From Phycisphaeraceae bacterium (lineage in GTDB: Bacteria; Planctomycetota; Phycisphaerae; Phycisphaerales; Zrk34), in NCBI GenBank assembly GCA_040905565.1, contig JBBDRF010000052.1:58979-115220 (forward strand): DNA of 56,242 nt. The letters run 5' to 3'. Position numbers and translations under genes: made by a program. Of this stretch, positions 1-8,950 are shown piece after piece; the stretch's first letter is position 1, and every line of letters begins with the position of its first letter. The notes beneath the pieces were generated by a model. That model did no database searches. It had not been told where the DNA came from and worked only from the letters and a program-made list of their open reading frames with translations.

Positions 1-65
1 GAGGACAAACCGGCTCTTGTGGGCTACGGGTTGGGGCCGTCGAGCGTAAAATCCGCGATTCACGC

Positions 66-93
66 TTGACCGAACGGTCACAGCGGATATTCT
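66..93 (+). promoter_or_regulatory. Putative sigma70 promoter for the fusA leader
   Basis: TTGACC (66-71), 16 nt spacer, TATTCT (88-93). Confidence 0.45.
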
Positions 94-441
94 TTGTAGT
101 CTTGACTGTCCTGCGCTGGCGGCTGGCATGCGATGCGCCCGGCATCTCAGGCAGTTAAGGATTCTCCATTGATCGTCGGCGCTGGCTCCGTAGCCTTGGG
201 CGTCGACCACAGGAGCGATGGCTTTGCACAGCAAGGCAAAAAAGTAGCGTCTTCCTCGGCCAGCGGCTTGACCGCGTCGGCCCGAGGGGGCTGACCTGTC
301 CGGCCGGGGCCGACCCGCCGACTTAATCTGCCCCCGTTCCCGCCGGTGCTTCAAACAGCCTGCCGGTTCGACTGCCGCTACGCAACCGCGTAAACAGACT
401 CAATCATCGCAAAACAAACCCAGGCATCCGCGAGTAAGGCC

Positions 442-2604
442 ATGACCACGCAGACCGACACCACGACCGCCACCAGCGCCGCCAACAAAGCTGCCCTGGC
501 ACACATCCGTAACTTCGGCATCGCTGCTCACATCGACGCTGGCAAGACCACCGTCTCCGAGCGCATCCTCTACTACACAGGTAAGATCTATAAGATGGGC
601 GAGGTCCACGAGGGCACCGCCACCATGGACTTCCTCGAGGACGAGCAGCAGCGCGGCATCACCATCCAGTCCGCTGCGACCACCTGCATGTGGAAGCATC
701 AGGACCAGGAATACACGCTGAACCTCATCGACACGCCAGGCCACGTCGACTTCACCGTCGAGGTCGAACGCTCCCTCCGCGTGCTCGACGGTGCGGTGGC
801 GGTGTTCGACGGCAAAGAGGGCGTCGAAGCCCAGTCCGAAACCGTCTGGCGTCAGGCTGAGAAGTACCACGTCCCGCGTATCTGCTTCATCAACAAGATG
901 GACAAGATGGGTGCCGACTTCGACTTCAGCTTCGGCACCATCGGCGAGCGCCTCGGCGCTAACGCCATTGCCGTCCAGATCCCCATCGGTTCGGGCAACG
1001 AGTTCCGGGGCATCATCGACCTCATCGAAATGAAAGCCTACCTCTTCGACGCGTCGGAGATGGGCTCGAAGGTCGAGCAGCACGAGATTCCCGAAGAGGA
1101 AATGGACCGGGCCAAGGAATGGCACCGCGCCCTCGTGGAGAAGTCCGCTGAGCTTGATGAAGCGCTCACCGAGAAGTTCATCATGGAGGAGGAGATTACC
1201 GCGGACGAAATCCGCGACGCCCTCCGCAAAGGCACGCTCGAAATTAAGTGCCACCCGATCTTCTGCGGCTCGGCCCTGAAGTACATCGGTGTCCAGCGCC
1301 TTATCGACGGCGTGATCGATTACCTGCCCTCCCCCGCGCAGGTCCCCGAAGTGCAGGGGCTCGATCCCAAGGACGAAGAGAAGAAGCTCACCCGCCCTCA
1401 CGACCCCGAAGCACCCTTCTCCGCGCTCGTCTTCAAGGTCGTCTCCGATCAGCACGGCGACCTGACCTACGCACGCATCTACTCCGGCACCCTCGCCAAG
1501 GGCAGCCGCGTGATCAACCCGCTTAACAACAAAAAAGAGAACGTCAGCCGCATCTACCAGATGCACGCCAAGACGCGTATCGCCATGGATAAAGCCCAGG
1601 CGGGCGACATCGTGGCGCTCATCGGCCTCAAGAACAGCGCCACCGGCGATACGCTCTGCGATTCGGACAAGCCCATCGTCCTCGAACGCATGACCTTCCC
1701 CGATCCCGTGATCTCGATGAGCATCGAGCCCCAATCGGCGGGCGACCGTGAAAAGCTCGGCGACGCGCTGCTGGTCATCCACCGCGAAGACCCCAGCTTC
1801 CACTTCCGTGTGGATGATGAGACGGGCGAGACCATCATCGCCGGCATGGGCGAGCTTCACCTCGACATCGTGGCGACCAAGCTCACGCGTGACATGAAGA
1901 TCGGCGTGCACGTCGGCAAGCCCCGCGTGGCGTACCGTGAATCCATCGCGGGCACCGCTGAGGTCCGAGGCGTTCACAAGAAGCAGACCGGCGGCCGCGG
2001 CCAGTTCGGTGACGTCAAGATCACCGTCGAGCCCTTCAGCGCCGAGCAGGCAAAAGAAGCCGACCTCAAGTTCACCGACGAAATCGCCTTCGAATCCAAG
2101 ATCGTCGGCGGCTCCGTGCCCCGCGAGTACATCCCCTCGGTGGAGTACGGCGTCCGGCAAACCGCAAAGAGCGGCGTCCTCGGCGGTTACCCCCTCCAGG
2201 GCGTCAAGGTCTCCCTCATCGACGGCTCGTACCACGAGGTCGACTCCTCCCAGGTCGCCTTCGAAATGGCCGGCTCCATCGCCTTCAAGGACGCGGTCAA
2301 GAAGGCCAAGCCGATCCTTCTCGAGCCGATCATGAAAGTCGTTGTGACCGTCCCCGACGAGTTCCTCGGTTCCGTCACGGGCGACCTCAACAGCCGCCGC
2401 GCCATCATCCAAGGCATGGAGCAGCGAGGCGTGACGCGTATCGTCACGGCCGAAGCGCCCCTCAGCCAGATGTTCGGCTACGCAACCGCGATCCGTGGCA
2501 TGACTCAGGGCCGCGCTTCCTACGCCATGGAACCCAGCCACTACGGCCAGGTCCCCGGCAACCTCGCCGAGCAGGTGCTCGCCGGCACCGCCCCGGGCAG
2601 CTGA
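442..2604 (+). CDS. fusA: Elongation factor G
   Basis: AHIDAGKTT, RGITI, DTPGH, NKMD, GMGELHL, KQTGGRGQFG and DGSYHEVDSS motifs; 720 aa. Confidence 0.98.
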   Translation: MTTQTDTTTATSAANKAALAHIRNFGIAAHIDAGKTTVSERILYYTGKIYKMGEVHEGTATMDFLEDEQQRGITIQSAATTCMWKHQDQEYTLNLIDTPGHVDFTVEVERSLRVLDGAVAVFDGKEGVEAQSETVWRQAEKYHVPRICFINKMDKMGADFDFSFGTIGERLGANAIAVQIPIGSGNEFRGIIDLIEMKAYLFDASEMGSKVEQHEIPEEEMDRAKEWHRALVEKSAELDEALTEKFIMEEEITADEIRDALRKGTLEIKCHPIFCGSALKYIGVQRLIDGVIDYLPSPAQVPEVQGLDPKDEEKKLTRPHDPEAPFSALVFKVVSDQHGDLTYARIYSGTLAKGSRVINPLNNKKENVSRIYQMHAKTRIAMDKAQAGDIVALIGLKNSATGDTLCDSDKPIVLERMTFPDPVISMSIEPQSAGDREKLGDALLVIHREDPSFHFRVDDETGETIIAGMGELHLDIVATKLTRDMKIGVHVGKPRVAYRESIAGTAEVRGVHKKQTGGRGQFGDVKITVEPFSAEQAKEADLKFTDEIAFESKIVGGSVPREYIPSVEYGVRQTAKSGVLGGYPLQGVKVSLIDGSYHEVDSSQVAFEMAGSIAFKDAVKKAKPILLEPIMKVVVTVPDEFLGSVTGDLNSRRAIIQGMEQRGVTRIVTAEAPLSQMFGYATAIRGMTQGRASYAMEPSHYGQVPGNLAEQVLAGTAPGS

Positions 2605-2627
2605 TCCAGATTACAAACGATTTGACC

Positions 2628-2661
2628 AGGCCCTCGTCCTTTTCGGGACGAGGGCTTTTTT
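2628..2661 (+). terminator. Intrinsic terminator after fusA
   Basis: GCCCTCGTCC/GGACGAGGGC stem followed by T6. Confidence 0.9.
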
Positions 2662-2694
2662 ACGCGCCGGTACAATCGTCTCCGGCCAAAGCAG

Positions 2695-2817
2695 CGCGCA
2701 GGGGTGGCCCGGCCAGCGAGCGAAGCGAGACGGCCGGGATTTCCGGATCTGTACCGTTGCCGGGGCCGACGTCGCGATTCCGCCCGGCCGTCTTCGCTGG
2801 CCGGGGCACCCTTCGCA
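2695..2817. repeat. 123-bp palindromic element, intergenic copy
   Basis: Arms 2695-2738 and 2780-2817 nearly identical to the arms of the inverted copy at 12760-12882. Confidence 0.9.
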
Positions 2818-2877
2818 GCTGAGTTCTGTGTTGGCCTGCGCATCCATATGCGGTCGCCCGGCGGGGTGAGACGGCTT

Positions 2878-2906
2878 TTGACACATCGAACGCGATGCGG
2901 GACACT
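2878..2906 (+). promoter_or_regulatory. Putative sigma70 promoter for the Dabb gene
   Basis: TTGACA, 17 nt spacer, GACACT. Confidence 0.4.
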
Positions 2907-2951
2907 CATCGGCCAAACCCACCACAGAAACCTGAATCAGGAGCATCCCCT

Positions 2952-3386
2952 ATGCACACCCTCATCCTCACGCTCGCCATCGCCCTTACCTTCCTCGCCG
3001 GCTGCCAGAGCAATCAGCATATGGCTGACGACGCGTCCGGCGCGACTCATGTCGCCGCGCCGACCGGCATGCTTCGTCACGTGGTGCAGTTCAAGTTCAA
3101 CGAAGACGTGACCGACGAGCAGATCGCCGAGGTCGAGCGGGAGTTCGCCGCCCTGCCCGATCGCATCGACACCATCCGAGGCTTCGAATACGGCCACACC
3201 GACATCAGCATGGAGAACCTGAACAAGGGCTTCACGCACTGCTTCATCGTCACATTTGACGACATGGCCGGCCTTGAAGTCTACGGTCCCCACCCGGCGC
3301 ACCAGGAGTTCGTCGCGTTGATCGGGCCGCTGCTCGACGAGGCTTTCGTCGTCGATTACTACGTGCGTGACAGCGCCCCCGAGTGA
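2952..3386 (+). CDS. Dabb (stress-responsive A/B barrel) family lipoprotein
   Basis: LRHVVQFKF, GFTHCFIVTF and YGPHPAHQEF motifs; lipobox LAGC; AGGAG upstream of ATG 2952. Confidence 0.88.
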   Translation: MHTLILTLAIALTFLAGCQSNQHMADDASGATHVAAPTGMLRHVVQFKFNEDVTDEQIAEVEREFAALPDRIDTIRGFEYGHTDISMENLNKGFTHCFIVTFDDMAGLEVYGPHPAHQEFVALIGPLLDEAFVVDYYVRDSAPE

Positions 3387-3399
3387 TCGGCCTCACTAC

Positions 3400-3422
3400 C
3401 CCACGGCGTCACGCCGTGGGCT
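3400..3422. repeat. REP-like hairpin, CCCACGGCG family
   Basis: CCCACGGCG-TCA-CGCCGTGGG; related copies at 34056-34080 and 34720-34744. Confidence 0.75.
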
Positions 3423-3442
3423 CTTCACTTGCATGCAAAAAC

Positions 3443-3481
3443 AAAAAAGGCCCCTCACCTTTGCCGGGTGAGGGGCCTTTT
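3443..3481. terminator. Bidirectional intrinsic terminator between convergent genes
   Basis: A6-GGCCCCTCACC/GGTGAGGGGCC-T4. Confidence 0.88.
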
Positions 3482-3512
3482 CGCAAGACACGGAGGCGGA
3501 TTGGTAAGGGGT

Positions 3513-4616
3513 TCAGTCGTAGAGCGGCTGCACGAATCGCATGTTCGTCTCAAGCGTCAGGTTCGACTGCGTCGTGTGACGCTCGGCGAAGAAGAAGTGG
3601 AACGTGTTGGTCTCTTCCGTGGAAAGCCCGAGTTCTTCGGCACGGGCGTCGAGGTCCACCGAGCTCCACGCTTCGCCGTGCACGCCGCCCAAGTCGATCA
3701 CGAGGTGCCCGTTGATGAAGACCCAGACGTCGTCGTCGCCGGAGAACTCCAGGGTCATTGGCCAGTCACGCTCAGCAGGATCGTCATAGTAGAAGTCGGT
3801 GCTGATTTCGAACGTGAAGTGGTGGTTGTGAGTATTGTCTTCGTTGCCGAAGAGCTGGCCGTCGATCGGGAAGAACGGTAGCTCGTTGTTCTTTGAGCGT
3901 TCGTAGCGGTAGATGCCGCCCGTTTCGCCGCTGGTGCTCTTGAGTTCGATCGTGTAGGGCATGGACTGATTCACGCCGTCGACGTTGTTGAACCACTGGT
4001 TGAAGCTGTCTTCGCTCTTGACGCGCCACTCGCGTGGCACAGGAGTGATGGCAACGAAGGTGACGATAAAGTCGCCCGAGTTGCTTTCCACAGGCGCGGA
4101 GTCGGCGTAGTCGATGTATTCGCCATCGATTTCGCCGTCGACCAGTTCCCCGTAGCCGGGCCCGTCGCCGCTGGCGTTGTTGCCTGCTTTGATCCACGCG
4201 CCGATGATGCGGTAGTCCTCATACCCTTCGGGCAGTGGGAACGTGCCGGTCTTGCCGCTGAGGCCGTCATACTTGTAGTGCGTTGTGCCGTCGTCACCCA
4301 TCTCAAGATAATCGATGTGGCGAAGCTCGAGCACCACGTTCGAGAGGTCCTTATCGAGCGATTCAACCTCGATCTCGATGGCCCCGCCGGGTCGAATGTT
4401 GAGTATTGGCTTGCCGTCCTGGCCGAGCTTCGCCTCGACCATGTTCGTGATGACGGGGTACTCGGCGTTGTAGGTGTCTTCCATGTCCGAATGGCTTTGC
4501 TGGAAGTCGCGCACGGTGCCGGTGAGGAACATGGTTTTGGGTTCCGCAGCAGCCGGCGCGGCTACCGCTGCGGTGAGCACTCCGGCGAGCGCCCATCTGT
4601 GTCTCGACATCTTCAT
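3513..4616 (-). CDS. Secreted fibro-slime / PA14-domain protein
   Basis: Signal peptide; GTVRDF, SFNQWF, FFPIDGQLFGNE, HNHHFTFE, FSGDDDVWVFING, IDLGGVH and FFFAERHT motifs; AAAGGA RBS before ATG 4616. Confidence 0.88.
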   Translation of the reverse strand: MKMSRHRWALAGVLTAAVAAPAAAEPKTMFLTGTVRDFQQSHSDMEDTYNAEYPVITNMVEAKLGQDGKPILNIRPGGAIEIEVESLDKDLSNVVLELRHIDYLEMGDDGTTHYKYDGLSGKTGTFPLPEGYEDYRIIGAWIKAGNNASGDGPGYGELVDGEIDGEYIDYADSAPVESNSGDFIVTFVAITPVPREWRVKSEDSFNQWFNNVDGVNQSMPYTIELKSTSGETGGIYRYERSKNNELPFFPIDGQLFGNEDNTHNHHFTFEISTDFYYDDPAERDWPMTLEFSGDDDVWVFINGHLVIDLGGVHGEAWSSVDLDARAEELGLSTEETNTFHFFFAERHTTQSNLTLETNMRFVQPLYD

Positions 4617-4823
4617 GAGTGTTGTCCTTTCGCTGATCCGTTGGGGAGGTGACATTGTGAGACTGATCCTGATGCTCGAAAATTACGATTCACTTCCCGC
4701 GATGCCAAAATAAACTGCGAAGCTGGGTCAAAATTACCGTCTGGCAAGCCGCCAAACTCAACTTCTGCCGCACCATCGCGCCAGTCGGCACAAACGGACC
4801 GGCGAAGATGCTACAGTGTCGCA

Positions 4824-5615
4824 ATGGTCCCACATCCGCCCAAACCCGTTGATCTGACCGACGCCTCCCGCGGCGAGCGACTGCACAAAGTGCTCGCCGA
4901 TGCGGGCGTCGCTTCCCGCCGTGCCGCTGAACAGATGATCCGCGAGGGTCGCGTCGCTGTGAACGGTCAGACTGTCGAGAAGCTGCCCGCCTGGGTCGAT
5001 CCCCAGCAGGATCGCCTCACCGTCGACGGCCGGCCCGTCGCCCGCCCTTCCAAACGGCAGGGCCACACGTATCTGCTCGTGAACAAGCCGCGTCGCGTCA
5101 TCTCCACAAGCGACGACGAGCACGGCCGCCGGACCGTTCTCGAACTTGTCCCGCACCGCCAAAGGCTGTTCCCCGTCGGCCGGCTCGATGCCGATTCGAC
5201 CGGGCTGATCCTCCTCACCGACGACGGCCCGCTCGCCAACGAACTCACCCACCCGCGCTACGGCGTGCCGAAAACCTACGAAGTGGCGATCGACGGGCAG
5301 CTGGGCCCGACCGATATCGAGAAGCTGCGTCGCGGCATGTTCCTTGCTGATCCCGGAAAGCCCGCCAGCGCCAAGGCCCGGGCGGAGAGCGTGCGGATCC
5401 TTCAGCGTGATCGTGAAAAGACCCGTCTGGTTATCACGCTGCGTGAAGGGCGTAACCGCGAGATCCGCCGCATGATGGCAAGGCTGGGGTACAAGGTGCG
5501 CCGGCTCAAACGGATCGCGCTGGGGCCGTTGCAGTTGAAGGGCGTCGCTTCGGGGGAATGGCGTGAACTCAGCCGGGCCGAGATTCAGGCTCTGCGGACC
5601 GCCGCGAAACGCTGA
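4824..5615 (+). CDS. rRNA pseudouridine synthase, RsuA/RluB family with S4 domain
   Basis: ERLHKVLADAGVASRR S4 domain; VGRLDADSTGL catalytic motif; EGRNREIRRM. Confidence 0.93.
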   Translation: MVPHPPKPVDLTDASRGERLHKVLADAGVASRRAAEQMIREGRVAVNGQTVEKLPAWVDPQQDRLTVDGRPVARPSKRQGHTYLLVNKPRRVISTSDDEHGRRTVLELVPHRQRLFPVGRLDADSTGLILLTDDGPLANELTHPRYGVPKTYEVAIDGQLGPTDIEKLRRGMFLADPGKPASAKARAESVRILQRDREKTRLVITLREGRNREIRRMMARLGYKVRRLKRIALGPLQLKGVASGEWRELSRAEIQALRTAAKR

Positions 5616-5698
5616 GCCCGCTCGGCCGCAATCGGGGCGGCAAAGCGCGGCAAGAGGTGGGGGGCAAAGGTGGGGGGGGGTCGGTTAAGATGGATGGG

Positions 5699-6628
5699 AT
5701 GAGTGAAGCTATCAATCATTTTGCGTGCCCAGCAAAGGTGAATCTCGCACTGTCCGTGGGCAAGCCTCAGCCGGACGGGTTGCATCCGATCAGTTCGTGG
5801 ATGGTGCGGGTTTCGTTGCATGACGACCTGCTGCTGCGCCCGCTCGGGCCGAACGGTGAGCCCGCCACCGCTCACCAACCTTCGATCGTCAAAGGCGATC
5901 CCGCGGACGATCTGAAGATCGAATGGTCACCCGACGCGTTGCTGCCCACGCCGATCGATTGGCCCGCGGAGAAGGATCTGGCCGTGCGTGCCCACGCGCT
6001 GATTGAACGGCACGTCGGCCGAAAGCTTCCGCTGCAGGGGCAGCTGCGTAAGCGGATCCCCGTCGGTGCGGGCCTGGCGGGCGGTTCGTCCGACGGGGCC
6101 ACGATGCTGCGGGCCGTGGACGAGCTTTTCCAGCTGAACCTGCCGGACGACGTACTGCGGAAGCTTGCGGGGGAGCTGGGCAGCGATCTCGCCTTCTTCC
6201 TCGGCGAGCCCTCAGCCATCATCAGCGGCACCGGTGACAAGCTCGAGCCGATGCCGCTGCGTCGCCCGCTTCACCTCGTGCTCATTCTCCCCGCGCTGCA
6301 GTGCAACACCGGGGCTGTCTACCGTGCCTTTGATAAATTGGCCCCCGATGCGGCGCTGGCCGAGCAGCGTGTCAGGCAGGCGGCAAGCGCTTCCGCCGTC
6401 ACGGATGACTCGCTGTTCAACGATCTGGCCGAGGCCGCCATGCACGTCGAGCCGAGCCTGCGTGAGGTTCACTTCTGGTGTGAGCAGGCAGCCGATCGGC
6501 CGGTGCATGTGACCGGTTCGGGCGCGGGCATGTTCGTGCTGGCGGAAGATGCCGAGGAGGCGGGCCAGCTCTCCGAACAACTCCGCCGCGAAGCCCGCGT
6601 CGCCGCCCTGGCCGTGCGAACACCATGA
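5699..6628 (+). CDS. ispE: 4-diphosphocytidyl-2-C-methyl-D-erythritol kinase
   Basis: PAKVNLAL, KRIPVGAGLAGGSSD, LGSDL, NDL and TGSGA GHMP-kinase motifs; start set at ATG 5699. Confidence 0.93.
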   Translation: MSEAINHFACPAKVNLALSVGKPQPDGLHPISSWMVRVSLHDDLLLRPLGPNGEPATAHQPSIVKGDPADDLKIEWSPDALLPTPIDWPAEKDLAVRAHALIERHVGRKLPLQGQLRKRIPVGAGLAGGSSDGATMLRAVDELFQLNLPDDVLRKLAGELGSDLAFFLGEPSAIISGTGDKLEPMPLRRPLHLVLILPALQCNTGAVYRAFDKLAPDAALAEQRVRQAASASAVTDDSLFNDLAEAAMHVEPSLREVHFWCEQAADRPVHVTGSGAGMFVLAEDAEEAGQLSEQLRREARVAALAVRTP

Positions 6629-6785
6629 GCCGCGCACGTCAGTAAGCGGTCGTCGGGCCGTGGGGGGACGCCGACACGCTGATTCGCAGCAAGCCCAAGC
6701 CGGACGATGCCAGACGCTATCGACCGTCTTACCTTCCAGTGCCTGCCCCGGCGTTGGGCCGACCGCTTACTCACGTGCGCGGCTC
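6627..6785. repeat. REP doublet (REPIN-like), GAGCCGCG family, copy A
   Basis: GAGCCGCGCACGTCAGTAAGCGGT at 6627-6650 and inverted copy at 6762-6785. Confidence 0.9.
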
Positions 6786-6810
6786 ATGGTTGCGACGTCC
6801 ACCCCCGAGT

Positions 6811-8376
6811 TCAGCGGCGGGGCCAGGCGATCACCCCGCTGGACGACACGTCTTCTCCCGCGTCGATCATGTCTTCATTGTAGCCGTGCTGCCCAACGCT
6901 GAAGATGACCACACGATCGGCCTGCAGGCGATACTGCAGCGGCCTTCCCGTCGGCTCAAAGAGATCGACGGGAACTTCATCCAGCCATTGCGGGACCAGA
7001 TCCTCAAGCGTAACAGGATAGCTTCCCCGCTCCGCGTGATACCTCGCCACGGCGAGGGCCGTCTTCTCCAAACGTTCGTTCACCTGCGCACGCAGCAACG
7101 AGTTTCGGGTTGAGTTCGCTAAATACCACCTCTCTAAGAGAAGCCAATCGGCGACGGCGTCCGTGACTTCAGCCTCGCGCACGAACAGGCGGGTCCACCA
7201 GTTCTCGACGCGTTCGGTGAACTGGTCGGCGTTATCCTCCATGTCCCGGGTCTCCGCTTCCAGTGCTTCCCATGCAGTTTGGCGGTCGGCTGCGGTCGGC
7301 TTGGAAACGGCATCCACCATGCGATCGATGAAGCCGTTCACTCGACGCATTGCACGATTGCGATCGAACACCGAACGGCCCAGCGTTGCAAGAGCCTCGT
7401 CGAGGTCATCCTCCTCCAATGCTTGATCAACCCATCTGCCCGGCTGGAGCGCATCAAGCAGCATAAAGCGGAAATCCGGGTCCAGTGCCTGATCCATGCG
7501 GGGCGGCGGAATCGCGGCCGCCCTACGCCGAAAATCCCGGACCTGCTCCGCGGTCAGAACGTTGTGGCGCAACATCGCCTCGGTGAGGTGAAGCGTGGAT
7601 CCCAGGCCCATCTGAAAGTCGTACCAACCCGATGCTCTCAGATGCGCCAAGTGCTGCTTAACCGCGATAGCGTCGTCGATCGCCTGCTCAGCGCGTCCTT
7701 CGGCTGCGTGTTTGACGGCTCGCATGGATAGCGCCTTGTACATGGGGAGCGTGGTATGGATCGACAGCCACGATGCATTGGACAGTTCATCAGAATCGGC
7801 GCCGGTGAAACGCGGCACCCAGAAATGCTCCTGTTTCACCGCTTCGGCGAATTGATCCAGAGCCGGCTCCTGTAGCGCAAGCCACTCTGCGACCAACGGC
7901 ATTTCGTCCGACCACTCTCCGCTTCGCGCGTCCCACCACTGCTGCTCCCAAACCAGGTCCGCCCAGGATGATTCTGATGCGTCCTCCTCTTCGACCTCCG
8001 CCGCCCAGCGTTCGTCTTCGCTGCTTCGTCGCTCAGCGTACGCTTCGATTGTCTCGAATGTCACCGCGCTCTCGCCTGATGGCGCGCCGATCTGCTCCAG
8101 CACCTTGACGCGCAGACCCGGCTCGGGCCAGGACGAGGCCGGTGCCAGCGGCGCAATTTTCGCATAAGCATTGGTCGCCGGCGTGACGCCCTCGCTGAGC
8201 CTCTCATTCATTACGGCGAGATAGTCGATGGTGCCATCCGGCCGCAGCGGGCCTTCGAGGACCGTCGTTTCCGGGCCGATCTCCAGCGGCGGCGGCCCGC
8301 CTGGGGCTGCGAGAATCACCACCAGCCCCATCGCGACAAAAACCATTACCGCCAAGCCGTACAACAACCATTTCAT
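6811..8376 (-). CDS. Membrane-anchored hypothetical protein with a pseudopilin (GspG)-like C-terminus
   Basis: N-terminal TM helix; GPLRPDGTIDY motif; C-terminal ALAVARYHAERGSYPVTLEDLVP..VPVDLF..YRL..IFSVG. Confidence 0.75.
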   Translation of the reverse strand: MKWLLYGLAVMVFVAMGLVVILAAPGGPPPLEIGPETTVLEGPLRPDGTIDYLAVMNERLSEGVTPATNAYAKIAPLAPASSWPEPGLRVKVLEQIGAPSGESAVTFETIEAYAERRSSEDERWAAEVEEEDASESSWADLVWEQQWWDARSGEWSDEMPLVAEWLALQEPALDQFAEAVKQEHFWVPRFTGADSDELSNASWLSIHTTLPMYKALSMRAVKHAAEGRAEQAIDDAIAVKQHLAHLRASGWYDFQMGLGSTLHLTEAMLRHNVLTAEQVRDFRRRAAAIPPPRMDQALDPDFRFMLLDALQPGRWVDQALEEDDLDEALATLGRSVFDRNRAMRRVNGFIDRMVDAVSKPTAADRQTAWEALEAETRDMEDNADQFTERVENWWTRLFVREAEVTDAVADWLLLERWYLANSTRNSLLRAQVNERLEKTALAVARYHAERGSYPVTLEDLVPQWLDEVPVDLFEPTGRPLQYRLQADRVVIFSVGQHGYNEDMIDAGEDVSSSGVIAWPRR

Positions 8377-8439
8377 GCGAATACCCCTCTCGTGGATGCG
8401 CGGAACACGTCGCAGGCTACCCGATCGCTCAACGCCCGG
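8372..8439 (-). repeat. 68-bp perfect direct repeat, copy 1 (contains RBS and ATG)
   Basis: Identical to 8883-8950. Confidence 0.97.
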
Positions 8440-8485
8440 TGATCGCAGATCGCCACGGGATCGACTGCCGTGGTGTAGTTATTTC

Positions 8486-8887
8486 CTAGGCAATGAAGTT
8501 TCTGAACAACCGATGAGTCCACCATGCCATACTCACGAACAGAGTCGCCTGCAGTCCCGCCCATCCAAGTAAAAGAAGATTGACCGGTTCAAACGGCGGC
8601 CCGATCCCAGCCACGGCGGTCACCATAGCCAGGGCAGCATGCGGAATGAGTGACAGACCCGAGCACGCAATGCTCCGCCCCCAAAGCCCGTAGGCATGAA
8701 CCCAAGGTCCCGCCACAAAAATCGCAGCACCGCCCCAGCCAGTCCATCCCTGCGGAATTCGCGCTTCAGTAATGGCGATTGCGAGGAATCCCACAGAAAC
8801 CGCTCCCCATAAAGCCATATAGGGAATCGAAACGACGACCAGCCATTGTGGCGGATGTGGCGGACTCGATGCGCTCAGCGTCTTCAT
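8486..8887 (-). CDS. Small integral membrane protein, about 4 TM helices
   Basis: 133 aa, four hydrophobic segments; ATG and GAGAGGGG RBS lie within the 68-bp repeat. Confidence 0.65.
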   Translation of the reverse strand: MKTLSASSPPHPPQWLVVVSIPYMALWGAVSVGFLAIAITEARIPQGWTGWGGAAIFVAGPWVHAYGLWGRSIACSGLSLIPHAALAMVTAVAGIGPPFEPVNLLLLGWAGLQATLFVSMAWWTHRLFRNFIA

Positions 8888-8950
8888 GCGAATACCCCTC
8901 TCGTGGATGCGCGGAACACGTCGCAGGCTACCCGATCGCTCAACGCCCGG
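8883..8950 (-). repeat. 68-bp perfect direct repeat, copy 2
   Basis: Identical to 8372-8439. Confidence 0.97.

Noticed and set aside
400..2541. 713-aa ORF antisense to fusA
   Set aside because: Mirror frame of a codon-biased high-GC gene; no recognisable motifs
8427..8495. Integron attC site (GTTGAGC on the minus strand fits GTTRRRY)
   Set aside because: No complementary RYYYAAC box, no integrase in the window, and the shared sequence extends far downstream of the GTT, unlike cassette arrays
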